Part shown: piece by piece, positions 27,057-36,463 of the stretch
Numbering within the stretch: position 1 is the stretch's first letter
Layout: every line of letters starts with the position of its first letter
DNA from: a virus
Taxonomy: Duplodnaviria > Caudoviricetes
Virus record (IMG/VR): IMGVR_UViG_3300030330_002885
Span: 1-64,000 of that record
Length of the DNA stretch: 64,000 nucleotides
Strand: one strand, 5' to 3'
The notes under the pieces: generated by a model
Told to the model about the DNA's origin: nothing
What the model saw: the letters and a program-made list of their open reading frames with translations, nothing else
Database searches by the model: none
Position numbers and translations under genes: made by a program

Positions 27057-28292
27057 ATGCAACCCCTACTGTTAAAGTCAGACTCAGAATATGAGTTTAA
27101 TATTCTGAAATCTGATGATTTAGTCATAGGTGGATATGCTTCAATTGAGATTGTTGATAAACAAAATGATTTAATTACATTAAAGGCTTTAGAAGAAGCA
27201 GTAAACAAATATATGTCTGAAAAGAAATATAGAAATGTAATGTCTAATCATTCAAATGTACAGGTTGGAGAAGTTATTGAAAAATATCGAGATAAATCTG
27301 GAAATTTACATCAAACAAAGGTTGATGATGTTGGCTTCTATGTTGTAATCAAATTGAGAGATGATATAGAAAAGGCCAAAGAAGTGTCGAGAGGAATAAG
27401 AAAGGGAAACCTGCGTTCATTTAGTATAGGTGGACAAGCACTTTCAAAAGTCAAAAAGACAAATGATACTCTTGGCGAGTATAATGAAATAAATAAATTG
27501 GAACTCCATGAAATCACTATTTGCGAGAAGGGGATTAATCCTGAAGCAAAATTTGATATTCTAAAGGAGGATAGGGAAATGACCGAAAAATTGGAAAAAG
27601 CCTTAGAAGAACTGAATGACTTGATGAAACAAGTTAATGAATTGCGAAAGGAGGGTGAAGACCCTGAAATGGATAAAGGTGATTATGGAGGTAAAGAACC
27701 TGAGGAAGAAATTGCTATGGGCGATTATGCTTCTATGGACACAGATGAAGAAGAAAAGGCAGATATGGATGATGAAGAATCCGAAAAAGCCGATTACGAT
27801 ATGGAAGAAAAAATGATTGATGGGCCATCTGGCCCTGTAGAAGATGGAGGCGCAGGTTCTACTTCAAGTGGAAAGCCTCATGTTCAGAATGGACAATTCG
27901 GAACATTAAAAGTACCATCTTCTATTAGTAAAGAATGGACTAATGATGAATTTAACACATTAGACCTTTCTGCTGAAAATGTGGAGAAAGCCTATGAAGC
28001 ATACAAAGCAGAACAATTAGAGAAGATGGCTTATGATTCTCTAAAGACACAATTTGCTGAAAGATTTGCTACAGAACAATCTGTTAGAAAGTCTGAAGTA
28101 GAGCGTAATGAGTATAATGCAATGGATGAAGTAAATTCTTTGAGAGAAGAATTTGCTACATTAAGAAAGAGTTTGACTGAACAACAAGAAACAATTGTTA
28201 AGTCTGCTACTGTCGCATTACCTGAGGTAGATGTATCAGAACTATCTTGGGGCGAATTACACAACATAGTTAATGAATACGAGGTTGAGTAA
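27057..28292 (+). CDS. HK97-type prohead protease fused to an acidic scaffold domain
   Basis: GYAS...VDKQNDLI, His in MSNH, Ser in LRSFSIGG, LHEITICEKGINPEA; coiled-coil C-terminal half; directly upstream of the capsid gene. Confidence 0.9.
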   Translation: MQPLLLKSDSEYEFNILKSDDLVIGGYASIEIVDKQNDLITLKALEEAVNKYMSEKKYRNVMSNHSNVQVGEVIEKYRDKSGNLHQTKVDDVGFYVVIKLRDDIEKAKEVSRGIRKGNLRSFSIGGQALSKVKKTNDTLGEYNEINKLELHEITICEKGINPEAKFDILKEDREMTEKLEKALEELNDLMKQVNELRKEGEDPEMDKGDYGGKEPEEEIAMGDYASMDTDEEEKADMDDEESEKADYDMEEKMIDGPSGPVEDGGAGSTSSGKPHVQNGQFGTLKVPSSISKEWTNDEFNTLDLSAENVEKAYEAYKAEQLEKMAYDSLKTQFAERFATEQSVRKSEVERNEYNAMDEVNSLREEFATLRKSLTEQQETIVKSATVALPEVDVSELSWGELHNIVNEYEVE

Positions 28293-28293
28293 A

Positions 28294-29634
28294 ATGGGTT
28301 ATATTAAAACAATGAAAGATTTAGAGGCATCAACTTACGGTGTTAAGGCGGGTGCTGGAAATGCGGTATTAAAGAGTGCAGGTGTTGTAGGTGGATTACA
28401 TTCCGCTCACGATGCTTCAACATCGGTTATGTCTGGTGCAACGGGTTTATCTGCTCTCTATAATAAGATTTATGGACAAAAAGTATGGTCTATGCTAAAT
28501 CAAGAAGCAAATGCTTTAGCAGTTTTAGCAAAGCGACCTTATGCTTCTAGCGGTTGGAGAGTTCTAAAGGCTAGGGCTGAAGGTGGTAGTGGTTCTACAT
28601 TTGATGTTGGTGGTTCAGGCGTAGGTACAACACGTGGAACTGCAACTCCAAGAGCCGATTTAATCGGTGGTGTTGCTGAAAACGCATCATTAGGAACAGG
28701 TAATGATATTCCGGCTATTACGCCAGAATATACTACCTTATTCACAAGTCCTAAGACTGTTGCTCATTTGTTTGAGTTTTCAGAATTAGCACTTGAGATG
28801 GCTAAGATTGACGATGGCGTAGGTGATTTAAGGTCTTTAATTCGTGAAGACATGGGTAAACATCACGCCGAAGTTCAAAATAAGATGCTACTAATGCCTC
28901 TTGAAAAGTATGATGAGTCAAATACTCTAACTAACTTAGGCAGAAACTATACTTCACTAATGAAGATTGTTTCTTCATATGCTGAATTGATTGCAATGCG
29001 TGATAGCAGTAATCTTTTAGCAACAACAAGCGGTTCGTTACCAGATACAATAACACAATTATTTGGTGATAATAGCCGTGATTCTGGCGCATCTTTCTTA
29101 GATGCAGAAGTGGATTATGGAAGTGCTTATACTGCGGCAGGTTGTCGTGTATTAACACTAACTATCTTAAATGATATGCTACGAAGAATTAGAGAGAATG
29201 GTGGAAGTCCAAAGGTTCTTTTGACCGGATATGATACTATTCAGCATATTGGTGATTTACTTCAAGCCCAAGAAAGATTTATGGATAGAAAAGAGGTAAT
29301 TCCTACACATAATGGAGTTCGTGGTGTAAAGGGTGCAGAAGTTGGATTTAGAGTTGCAACATACTTTGATATTCCAATTATTCCATGTAAAGATATGCCT
29401 AAAACTTCCCATTCGGGTGCAACTAATACATTAAGCGATATTCTGGTATTAGATACAGACCATCTTTGGATGAGTGTTATGAAACCAACACAATACTTTG
29501 AAGACGGTATTGATAACGGAAACCCATTTGGTGTAGGTACACTTGGTAATCAAGCAATGTATAGAACTATTGCTGAAACAGGTTGTTCCTTCTTTAAGGG
29601 GCAAGGTAAGATTACTAACCTAAAGAGCGCATGA
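28294..29634 (+). CDS. Major capsid protein (HK97 fold)
   Basis: Position after protease; ~446 aa; PKTVAHLFEFSE, GFRVATYFDIPII and DILVLDTDHL patterns. Confidence 0.88.
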   Translation: MGYIKTMKDLEASTYGVKAGAGNAVLKSAGVVGGLHSAHDASTSVMSGATGLSALYNKIYGQKVWSMLNQEANALAVLAKRPYASSGWRVLKARAEGGSGSTFDVGGSGVGTTRGTATPRADLIGGVAENASLGTGNDIPAITPEYTTLFTSPKTVAHLFEFSELALEMAKIDDGVGDLRSLIREDMGKHHAEVQNKMLLMPLEKYDESNTLTNLGRNYTSLMKIVSSYAELIAMRDSSNLLATTSGSLPDTITQLFGDNSRDSGASFLDAEVDYGSAYTAAGCRVLTLTILNDMLRRIRENGGSPKVLLTGYDTIQHIGDLLQAQERFMDRKEVIPTHNGVRGVKGAEVGFRVATYFDIPIIPCKDMPKTSHSGATNTLSDILVLDTDHLWMSVMKPTQYFEDGIDNGNPFGVGTLGNQAMYRTIAETGCSFFKGQGKITNLKSA

Positions 29635-29646
29635 AGGTGATTAAGA

Positions 29647-30000
29647 ATGGCATTGGCTTATACAGTAACATTACTTGAAGACCACAAGGGTATGACTACC
29701 CCTAAGTCTGTTGGTGATGAATATGTTGTAGATGCTTTGGTTGATGTTACATCTATTGTAGCGGCAGGTTCTGTAATACCTGCTTCTGCATTTGGATTGT
29801 CTTCAATTCATTGTGCTTGCATTACCGGATATGATAACGCTAATGGCGTTATGCCGCAAATAGAATGTTCTGCCGCAGGACTTTATGAAAGCAACACTGA
29901 AGTTGCTCTCATGTTTACTGCATTAGATGGAACAAATGCTACATTGGCTAATGATGCTAATGGCGGTTCAGTTAGAATGCGTGTTTGGGGTAATTTGTGA
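29647..30000 (+). CDS. Probable capsid decoration/cement protein
   Basis: Small beta-rich protein directly after the capsid gene; GGTGA RBS. Confidence 0.55.
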   Translation: MALAYTVTLLEDHKGMTTPKSVGDEYVVDALVDVTSIVAAGSVIPASAFGLSSIHCACITGYDNANGVMPQIECSAAGLYESNTEVALMFTALDGTNATLANDANGGSVRMRVWGNL

Positions 30001-30012
30001 AATTGTAATAAT

Positions 30013-30060
30013 GTGTAGTAATACTCCCCTTCTGTATTAACAGGAGGGGGTATTACTCAC
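30013..30060 (+). terminator. Strong stem-loop after the capsid genes (terminator or mRNA-stability element)
   Basis: AGTAATACTCCCCTTCTGT pairs with ACAGGAGGGGGTATTACT, including G-U pairs. Confidence 0.6.
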
Positions 30061-30075
30061 TATAATGGTGATAAT

Positions 30076-30447
30076 ATGGCTAATATTAGATTAAAACATT
30101 CAAACGAACCTGTAATACATTCGTGTGCAGGTCGAGATTATACTATCTCTTATGATAAAGATTGCGATATGCCCGCTAATTTGGCAATTGGTTATGTCGG
30201 TGTTGAAAATTATACTGTTACCTTTACTCCTAAAGATAAACAAACAGTAGAAGAAGCACCCGATTCATTAATAGATGTTCTAAAGAAAGAATTTAAAATA
30301 GAAGGTTCTAAAGAAGATTTAATTAAGAAAATGTTTCCATTGAAACAAAAAAAGAAAATAATAAAGAAAGAAATTAAACCCAAAAAGGCTGAAGTAGTCA
30401 AGCCGAAGCCTAAGGTTGATAAGGAAGTTCTTTCTACTACTGAATAA
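30076..30447 (+). CDS. Hypothetical protein with Lys-rich C-terminus
   Basis: ORF with GGTGA RBS. Confidence 0.75.
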   Translation: MANIRLKHSNEPVIHSCAGRDYTISYDKDCDMPANLAIGYVGVENYTVTFTPKDKQTVEEAPDSLIDVLKKEFKIEGSKEDLIKKMFPLKQKKKIIKKEIKPKKAEVVKPKPKVDKEVLSTTE

Positions 30448-30454
30448 CTGAGGT

Positions 30455-30757
30455 ATGCAAATGGTTAGTTGTAATTCAAGTGGAGTATTAACTGCATCAA
30501 AAGTAGTTTCAAGTGGTAGAACAAGGATAGCGTCTGTGCGAGTTATGGGGAACAGTTCAACAACAGGCGATATTAAAGTTTATGATTCATCAACCGCAAC
30601 AACATCTGGTAAAAAAGAAATTACTAGAATGTTTGTTGGCGGAACATCACAAAATGGTGCAAATAATTTTGAATTTGATATGCATGGGGTAATTGCCGCA
30701 GAAGGAGTTTATGTTGTAGTAACAGGAACAATTGCATATTCGGTTGAATATTATTGA
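30455..30757 (+). CDS. Small beta-rich putative virion protein
   Basis: S/T/G/V-rich ORF in the head region. Confidence 0.6.
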   Translation: MQMVSCNSSGVLTASKVVSSGRTRIASVRVMGNSSTTGDIKVYDSSTATTSGKKEITRMFVGGTSQNGANNFEFDMHGVIAAEGVYVVVTGTIAYSVEYY

Positions 30758-30765
30758 GGGATTTT

Positions 30766-31170
30766 ATGCCAGCATTAGAAAAAGACACAAAATTAGTAAT
30801 GACTATTTTATTTGTAGGTGCGATAAGTGGAACGAATGTATATTTCTATTCTAAATATGGATTTATGATTGGTTTTAATGATTACGCTGATGCGTTAGTA
30901 TTTGGTTTACTAACGATTGGTGGTATTTTAGTTATGAAGGCGGTATTTGATTTAGCCTTAAACGACAGAATAGAAATGATTCTTTTAGATAGAAGAATAG
31001 CCGGATATTGGGCAAAAAAACAAAGAGATGAACAACAAAGAGAAAAAATTCTTACATCTCTTAATCAAAACAATCAAACAAATTATGTCCAACCACCTCC
31101 ATCTTATATCCAACAACCACAGGAAGAAGCAAGGGGGGTTTCTCCTTCTTTCTTAGCGAAATTGGAGTAG
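30766..31170 (+). CDS. Membrane protein (2 predicted TM helices, coiled coil, Q/P-rich tail)
   Basis: LVMTILFVGAISGTNVYFY and ALVFGLLTIGGILVMKAVF hydrophobic runs. Confidence 0.75.
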   Translation: MPALEKDTKLVMTILFVGAISGTNVYFYSKYGFMIGFNDYADALVFGLLTIGGILVMKAVFDLALNDRIEMILLDRRIAGYWAKKQRDEQQREKILTSLNQNNQTNYVQPPPSYIQQPQEEARGVSPSFLAKLE

Positions 31171-31175
31171 ATTAA

Positions 31176-31403
31176 ATGTTAGATGCTTTAACCTTTGGTT
31201 TTGATGAATCTACTTTAGCATATGATTTGCAAAGAGCACATTCAGCAGATATTTGGTTTTTAAGAGCAAGATTTTATTTTTGGGCTACAGTTTGTAGTGT
31301 TGTGTCCTTTTTTATAGGACACGGTATAAGTTTATTTGGATATAACTTATACGCTGGTGCATGGAATGGAACGGTTAATTTATGGAATCATTTGTTGGGT
31401 TAG
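31176..31403 (+). CDS. Small single-pass membrane protein
   Basis: FYFWATVCSVVSFFIGHGISLFG hydrophobic run. Confidence 0.75.
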   Translation: MLDALTFGFDESTLAYDLQRAHSADIWFLRARFYFWATVCSVVSFFIGHGISLFGYNLYAGAWNGTVNLWNHLLG

Positions 31404-31406
31404 TTT

Positions 31407-32075
31407 ATGTCTTTAATGACGGGCTTTGTTATATTGATGGCTGAACAAGTTAGTTTATTTTGGAAAAAAGTTCATGCAATACCATTTGGAGTATATGGGG
31501 CAACTCAAGTAGGTAAAACAACAATGCATCATCAATTAAGAACAAGAGGCGAAGTACCGGATATTAAAGATAGAACTGTTGGTAGAAATAGGGCAACAAG
31601 AAAAACTATTAAAATAGATGGCGACCAACATACAATTAAAACATCAGATATCGGAGGTGAAACATTATATTGGGGTGAATGGCTACAAGACATGAAAACT
31701 AGGAAAACTAAATACATTATTTTTATGATTGATGATAGACATATGGATAAACACTATGATATTGAGCAACAATTATGTTGGACTTTTTTAGTTGATGCTA
31801 TATGTTCTCCTTATTGGGATTCTATTAATAAAAGACAAAAAAAGAAAAAACATGATTATCCTGTAGCAGTAGGAATTTGGGCAAATAAATTTGATTTATG
31901 GAAAGATAGATACCCTTATGATGATATACAAAAACACCCTATATTTGATGCATTTAAAGACGGTATGACTAAATTAAATGATAGAGGAATACCATGTTTT
32001 AAATATATAGTAAGTGCAAAGTCTGATTCAGAAATGGTTTATAGAGGAATAACAACGATGATTAACGATTATTAA
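31407..32075 (+). CDS. Ras-superfamily small GTPase, Arf/Sar1-like
   Basis: G1 GATQVGKT, G2 candidate RTVG, G3 DIGG, G4 NKFD, G5 SAK; hydrophobic N-terminal helix. Confidence 0.85.
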   Translation: MSLMTGFVILMAEQVSLFWKKVHAIPFGVYGATQVGKTTMHHQLRTRGEVPDIKDRTVGRNRATRKTIKIDGDQHTIKTSDIGGETLYWGEWLQDMKTRKTKYIIFMIDDRHMDKHYDIEQQLCWTFLVDAICSPYWDSINKRQKKKKHDYPVAVGIWANKFDLWKDRYPYDDIQKHPIFDAFKDGMTKLNDRGIPCFKYIVSAKSDSEMVYRGITTMINDY

Positions 32076-32146
32076 GGTGATTAAATGAACTTAACACAAA
32101 TAGATGAAGTTAATTCTTCAATTGGATATATATGGAGGTATGAATA

Positions 32147-32827
32147 ATGACTATTCAATACAATCCTCCTTCATTAATTGGTGCTACAAATGCTACTGTA
32201 GCAAATCCTTTTTTACCACCAATTAAATTTGCAAGAGCGGCTGGCCCTGTTATTACACATGATTACATTAGTAGTAAGCCTAAAAAACAGGTTAAAGAAA
32301 TGATTAAAATTCTTTGGCCTGAAAGAAAGAAATTTTTAGGTATAAAATATGGATATAAATTTAATACTAAAGATAGATGTGTTGTTTGTGGAACACATAA
32401 AGTATGGGATGCTTCTGACCCAATGAGGCCAACAATACCTTTACATAAAGTTAGAAAGGGTTATCCGATGAGAGGAACATATTGTGATAAACATTCAGCA
32501 TTACATCGCCAATACGAAATGTTAGAGCAACAAATAATTGCTGATGAACACGGTTTAGAATTTAGTTCATATATTCCTAAACCCAAAGTGCCTAAAATGT
32601 TACAATCTGGGCCGCTAACTTCATTAAGGCAATCCGATATTGAGTCATTAGCGACATTGGGGTGGGGCATTAAACCCCCAACCATGATTAATGAAACAAA
32701 AGAAGATGAATTATTTAGACTAACAATAGAGAGTCAAACTTTGAATAAAAGAATTTTACAACTTTTAACTGAAGAAACTAAAATTAAAACTATTGAAGAA
32801 CCAATATTAGAAAAAGAAGGTGAATAG
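32147..32827 (+). CDS. Zinc-finger (CxxC...CxxH) protein
   Basis: CVVCG...YCDKH; GGAGGT RBS. Confidence 0.7.
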   Translation: MTIQYNPPSLIGATNATVANPFLPPIKFARAAGPVITHDYISSKPKKQVKEMIKILWPERKKFLGIKYGYKFNTKDRCVVCGTHKVWDASDPMRPTIPLHKVRKGYPMRGTYCDKHSALHRQYEMLEQQIIADEHGLEFSSYIPKPKVPKMLQSGPLTSLRQSDIESLATLGWGIKPPTMINETKEDELFRLTIESQTLNKRILQLLTEETKIKTIEEPILEKEGE

Positions 32828-32828
32828 A

Positions 32829-33548
32829 ATGGGTTTATTAGGAACAAGTAATAAAAACTTATCACAACAAATAACTGCACAGGGTCAATCTGACTTCAAG
32901 GTAATGAATAATCTTTTAACATTACAAGAAAATCATGTAGAAGAATTTTTTACTTATCACGGTGAAATGTTTTTAACTGCATTTGAACAATTATTAGAAG
33001 ATGTTGTTGAAAGAGTAGTAAGTAGACAATTGATTCAATTAAAATTTAATTCTAATCCAACGGGTGATTTAGAAGTTCATCCAGATTCAATAAGAGAATT
33101 TGAACAAATAACTGCGGCAAATATTCAATTAGATTTACAAAATTTATTAGCATCAGCATTAAATACAGAAGTTATTATGCAAAGAAAAATGGCTAAACAA
33201 CAATATTTAGAATCACAAGGATTCCAAACAAATCAAGTAGGCGCACAACAACCACAATTACCACAAGGTCAAATGCCTCAAGGTCAAGTAAATGCAGGTG
33301 GATTAAATCCTTCACAGATAAGTGGCGGTAATCCAATTGTTCAAGCAAATAACGTAATGATGCAACAACAACAAGCATTTAACAATCCATCGGGTTATCC
33401 GGTTGCACCTAATGGTTATGATACAATGGGTAATCCTTATTGGATAGACCCAAATACAGGACAACCAAGTTATACACCGCCCGGTTCAGGTTTAGGTATT
33501 AGTAATTTAATTCAAAAAGGTGCGGCATGGGCCGCTTGGTTGGCTTAA
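32829..33548 (+). CDS. Helical protein with Q/P/G low-complexity region and amphipathic C-terminus
   Basis: ATG at 32829 after GGTGA; ends ISNLIQKGAAWAAWLA. Confidence 0.75.
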   Translation: MGLLGTSNKNLSQQITAQGQSDFKVMNNLLTLQENHVEEFFTYHGEMFLTAFEQLLEDVVERVVSRQLIQLKFNSNPTGDLEVHPDSIREFEQITAANIQLDLQNLLASALNTEVIMQRKMAKQQYLESQGFQTNQVGAQQPQLPQGQMPQGQVNAGGLNPSQISGGNPIVQANNVMMQQQQAFNNPSGYPVAPNGYDTMGNPYWIDPNTGQPSYTPPGSGLGISNLIQKGAAWAAWLA

Positions 33549-33556
33549 GTGATTAA

Positions 33557-34264
33557 ATGACTGTAATAATTCCTAATACTAAGATTACCTATAGAGGTAA
33601 AAATATATCATTAGGAGAAGAAATGCAATTAGAGGCAGGTCAAGAAAACAACAAAAACAATCCATTATTTAAATTAATGTTAAAAATGTTGATTGCACCC
33701 GTTTCTCTAAAGCAAAACGTGAATGTAGAAAAACACTCTAAAATATATCTTAATGCTGATAAAATGGAATTAGTAGCAAAAGAAAATAGTGGTATTAGAT
33801 TCAATAAAAAAACATATCAGAAATTTATTGATTCAGCGTGGAATTTACTTTCAGAAATATCTATTAAAGATTTTTTAGAAGAAATTTTATCTAAACAGTA
33901 TCATGGAATAATTACTGAAGATGATAAAAGTAAAGAAGGTAGAGCAATAAACACGTTCAAAGAAATTAAAAGCGATTTAACTCAACCCAACATTACCTTA
34001 AACCAATATGTTCAACGTAATGAGTTTGTATCAGAAGTAGCATTCACTTCTGGTAATGTTAATACAGGGTTGTTGTGGGAATCTGCTTCAAATAATAAAC
34101 CATATTCTGTTGCATTACAAAAAATAATTAATAATGTTGATGATTATTCTAAAATAGATGTAATTAAAACTAATAATGCAGTTAATTCAATAACTATAGA
34201 CTTAGAAATAGGTAAATTAATGAAAGAAATGTTTGAAGAGGCAGGACTTGAAAAATATTATTGA
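33557..34264 (+). CDS. Hypothetical protein
   Basis: 235-aa ORF. Confidence 0.7.
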   Translation: MTVIIPNTKITYRGKNISLGEEMQLEAGQENNKNNPLFKLMLKMLIAPVSLKQNVNVEKHSKIYLNADKMELVAKENSGIRFNKKTYQKFIDSAWNLLSEISIKDFLEEILSKQYHGIITEDDKSKEGRAINTFKEIKSDLTQPNITLNQYVQRNEFVSEVAFTSGNVNTGLLWESASNNKPYSVALQKIINNVDDYSKIDVIKTNNAVNSITIDLEIGKLMKEMFEEAGLEKYY

Positions 34265-34273
34265 GGTATTGTT

Positions 34274-35341
34274 ATGAATTTTGATGCAATATTAAGACCT
34301 AATCAAAAGCCTGTTAATATTGCTAATAGAGATATATCCTTTAAACAACAATCTGAATTAAATTCAGATGAACAAGAAATACTAGATGAAATTGAAACAA
34401 TTTATAAGTATAGAAATATTGATGTGCCCGAAGATTTTATTTCTTCTAAATTATCAGATGAATTTGATGAGAAAGAACTTGAAGAAAAAATAGAAGAATA
34501 TAAACAAATAGAATTTGAAGAACTAGAAAGATTAAAATTACTTTTTTATTTTAGGTTATATGATTTAGGTAGAATAGGACAAAATAGGTTAGAAGAACAT
34601 TTAATTCAGAAAAAAAGACTCCCGAAAATTTCTTATCTTAAAAAACATAAAGAATTTATTACTAAGTATTTTACATCGGAAAACGAACCGAGCGAAGCCG
34701 CACTATTATTATATCAAGAGTATAGATTAAAGGATATTGAAGATTCTGCACCTAAAGTAGAAAGAAAAATAGGAACAATTGTTCATGCTACTGATGATTC
34801 TTCATATGATGAATCTGTTTTAAATAACAATAATTTTATTGAAAGTGAAAAAGACATTAAATTTGATATTACACAATTAATAGATTTAAGCATACAATTT
34901 AAAGAAAAACTATATTATTCTTTAACACCTGTTAATAAAGTTAATAATATAGAAGTAGATATTTCACCATTAATACCGATACCAAAGAAAGAATATGAAA
35001 AGGAAATTGAAAGGACTAAGGATGGAACATATAGTTCAGAAGAGATTAAAAATGTTTTAAGAGTATATGGAGTATATGAACTGAATAGTATTGATGTGTC
35101 TGAATCAGGTAAAAGAGATATAGGTGCGATGCATAAAGAGGTTTCATCTTGGGCAATTGATATGGGTGGTACAGGTATAGGTGGTAAACCGCTTAGTGGT
35201 AAAGAAAAAAGAAGTAAATTTTCAATGCCAAAAAGACAACGTAAAGGTGTAGTTAAAGATTATGTTAAAAATGACCATTTAGCATTTCATTATTATCTAA
35301 GAGGACAATTCAATAAATTAAAGAGAATATTAGGAAAGTGA
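34274..35341 (+). CDS. Hypothetical protein
   Basis: 355-aa ORF with GAGGT RBS. Confidence 0.7.
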   Translation: MNFDAILRPNQKPVNIANRDISFKQQSELNSDEQEILDEIETIYKYRNIDVPEDFISSKLSDEFDEKELEEKIEEYKQIEFEELERLKLLFYFRLYDLGRIGQNRLEEHLIQKKRLPKISYLKKHKEFITKYFTSENEPSEAALLLYQEYRLKDIEDSAPKVERKIGTIVHATDDSSYDESVLNNNNFIESEKDIKFDITQLIDLSIQFKEKLYYSLTPVNKVNNIEVDISPLIPIPKKEYEKEIERTKDGTYSSEEIKNVLRVYGVYELNSIDVSESGKRDIGAMHKEVSSWAIDMGGTGIGGKPLSGKEKRSKFSMPKRQRKGVVKDYVKNDHLAFHYYLRGQFNKLKRILGK

Positions 35342-35345
35342 TACA

Positions 35346-36455
35346 ATGACGATTAAATCAGATAGTGATTATGTAGCAGGTGCATTAGCAAATTATACAT
35401 CAGGTATAGGTTATTATACATCTCATACAGAAGTTTCTGATTTATTACAAGTAGGGGCTTTTACAAATTCATCTACTCCAAGTATTGCTACTGTTGGTAA
35501 AATAATAAAAAGGGTCGAAGGAAGAATTGATGAAAGTATTAAATTAAGTTACAGGCCTGAAATCATAGAAAAAGAAACTCATAACTTTGATGCTTGGCAA
35601 TTACAATCTTATCCCCTAACTTATTGGAAAGACTATGTTGGTTTCATTCAATTAAATAGTACTAAAATACAAAAAATAATTAGATTAGAAGTTTATAAAG
35701 GTGATGCTTATGAAGACCTTGCTTCAGCAATGGTTGAATATACACCCCCTGCAGATGCAGTTAATGGGGCATTTACTATAACTTTAGGAGTAGGTAGTGA
35801 TGCAGATACAGGTTATAGATTCGTATTAACAAAAGGACAAGCAAATGGTTTTTATGATTTGTTTGGTCAAGAAACAACAGTTAAACAAATTTGTGATGCT
35901 ATAAATGAAAAATATCCCGCCGATACTGCAAGATTTACAGGAGAAACATCAATTAAAGAGATAACAGATGCACCTAATGGTGGTGGAGTAACAAGAAATA
36001 TATCTGATTTCTTTTATGCTTCTCCTAGCCATAATGGAACTTCTGTTAAAATATCGTCTTTGCTTCCTAAAGATGCAGGTACTATTTGTACGATAACTGC
36101 TACACATGGAACAACCACTTCTTCTTCTTTTGATGATAAAGAAAACTATGGTAGAAGGGAAGATTTTTGGACTTTAGACGGAGAAGGAAAAATATTCTTT
36201 AGACAAGATTATCCATATTTAATGCCTCATTCAGTTAAAGTAACTTATATTCGTGGTTCAAAGAGAGTTCCTGCAAGTATTCACGAAGCCGCCACAAAAA
36301 TGGTTGCCGCTGAAATATTAGTACATGATGATAATACAATATTAATTAATGAAACAGGTGCAAATATTGACTTAAAGACTAAACATGATATATTAATGCA
36401 GGAAGCAAAAGCAATCATTGACGGTAAAAAACAACTAATACATTTTATTGATTAG
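35346..36455 (+). CDS. Head-tail adaptor (neck) protein with insertion
   Basis: VKVTYIRG...VPASIHEAATKMVAAEIL C-terminal pattern; position in the gene order. Confidence 0.65.
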   Translation: MTIKSDSDYVAGALANYTSGIGYYTSHTEVSDLLQVGAFTNSSTPSIATVGKIIKRVEGRIDESIKLSYRPEIIEKETHNFDAWQLQSYPLTYWKDYVGFIQLNSTKIQKIIRLEVYKGDAYEDLASAMVEYTPPADAVNGAFTITLGVGSDADTGYRFVLTKGQANGFYDLFGQETTVKQICDAINEKYPADTARFTGETSIKEITDAPNGGGVTRNISDFFYASPSHNGTSVKISSLLPKDAGTICTITATHGTTTSSSFDDKENYGRREDFWTLDGEGKIFFRQDYPYLMPHSVKVTYIRGSKRVPASIHEAATKMVAAEILVHDDNTILINETGANIDLKTKHDILMQEAKAIIDGKKQLIHFID

Positions 36456-36463
36456 GTGATATT

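Noticed and set aside
1100-32147. Shared C-terminal WRYE in ORF 818 and micro-ORF 32085
   Set aside because: Explained by the overlapping RBS sequence TGGAGGTATGAA of the next gene, not by protein homology.
32829-32850. MGLLGTS as an N-myristoylation signal
   Set aside because: It matches MGxxxT/S only loosely, and no N-myristoyltransferase is expected in an archaeal host or seen here.
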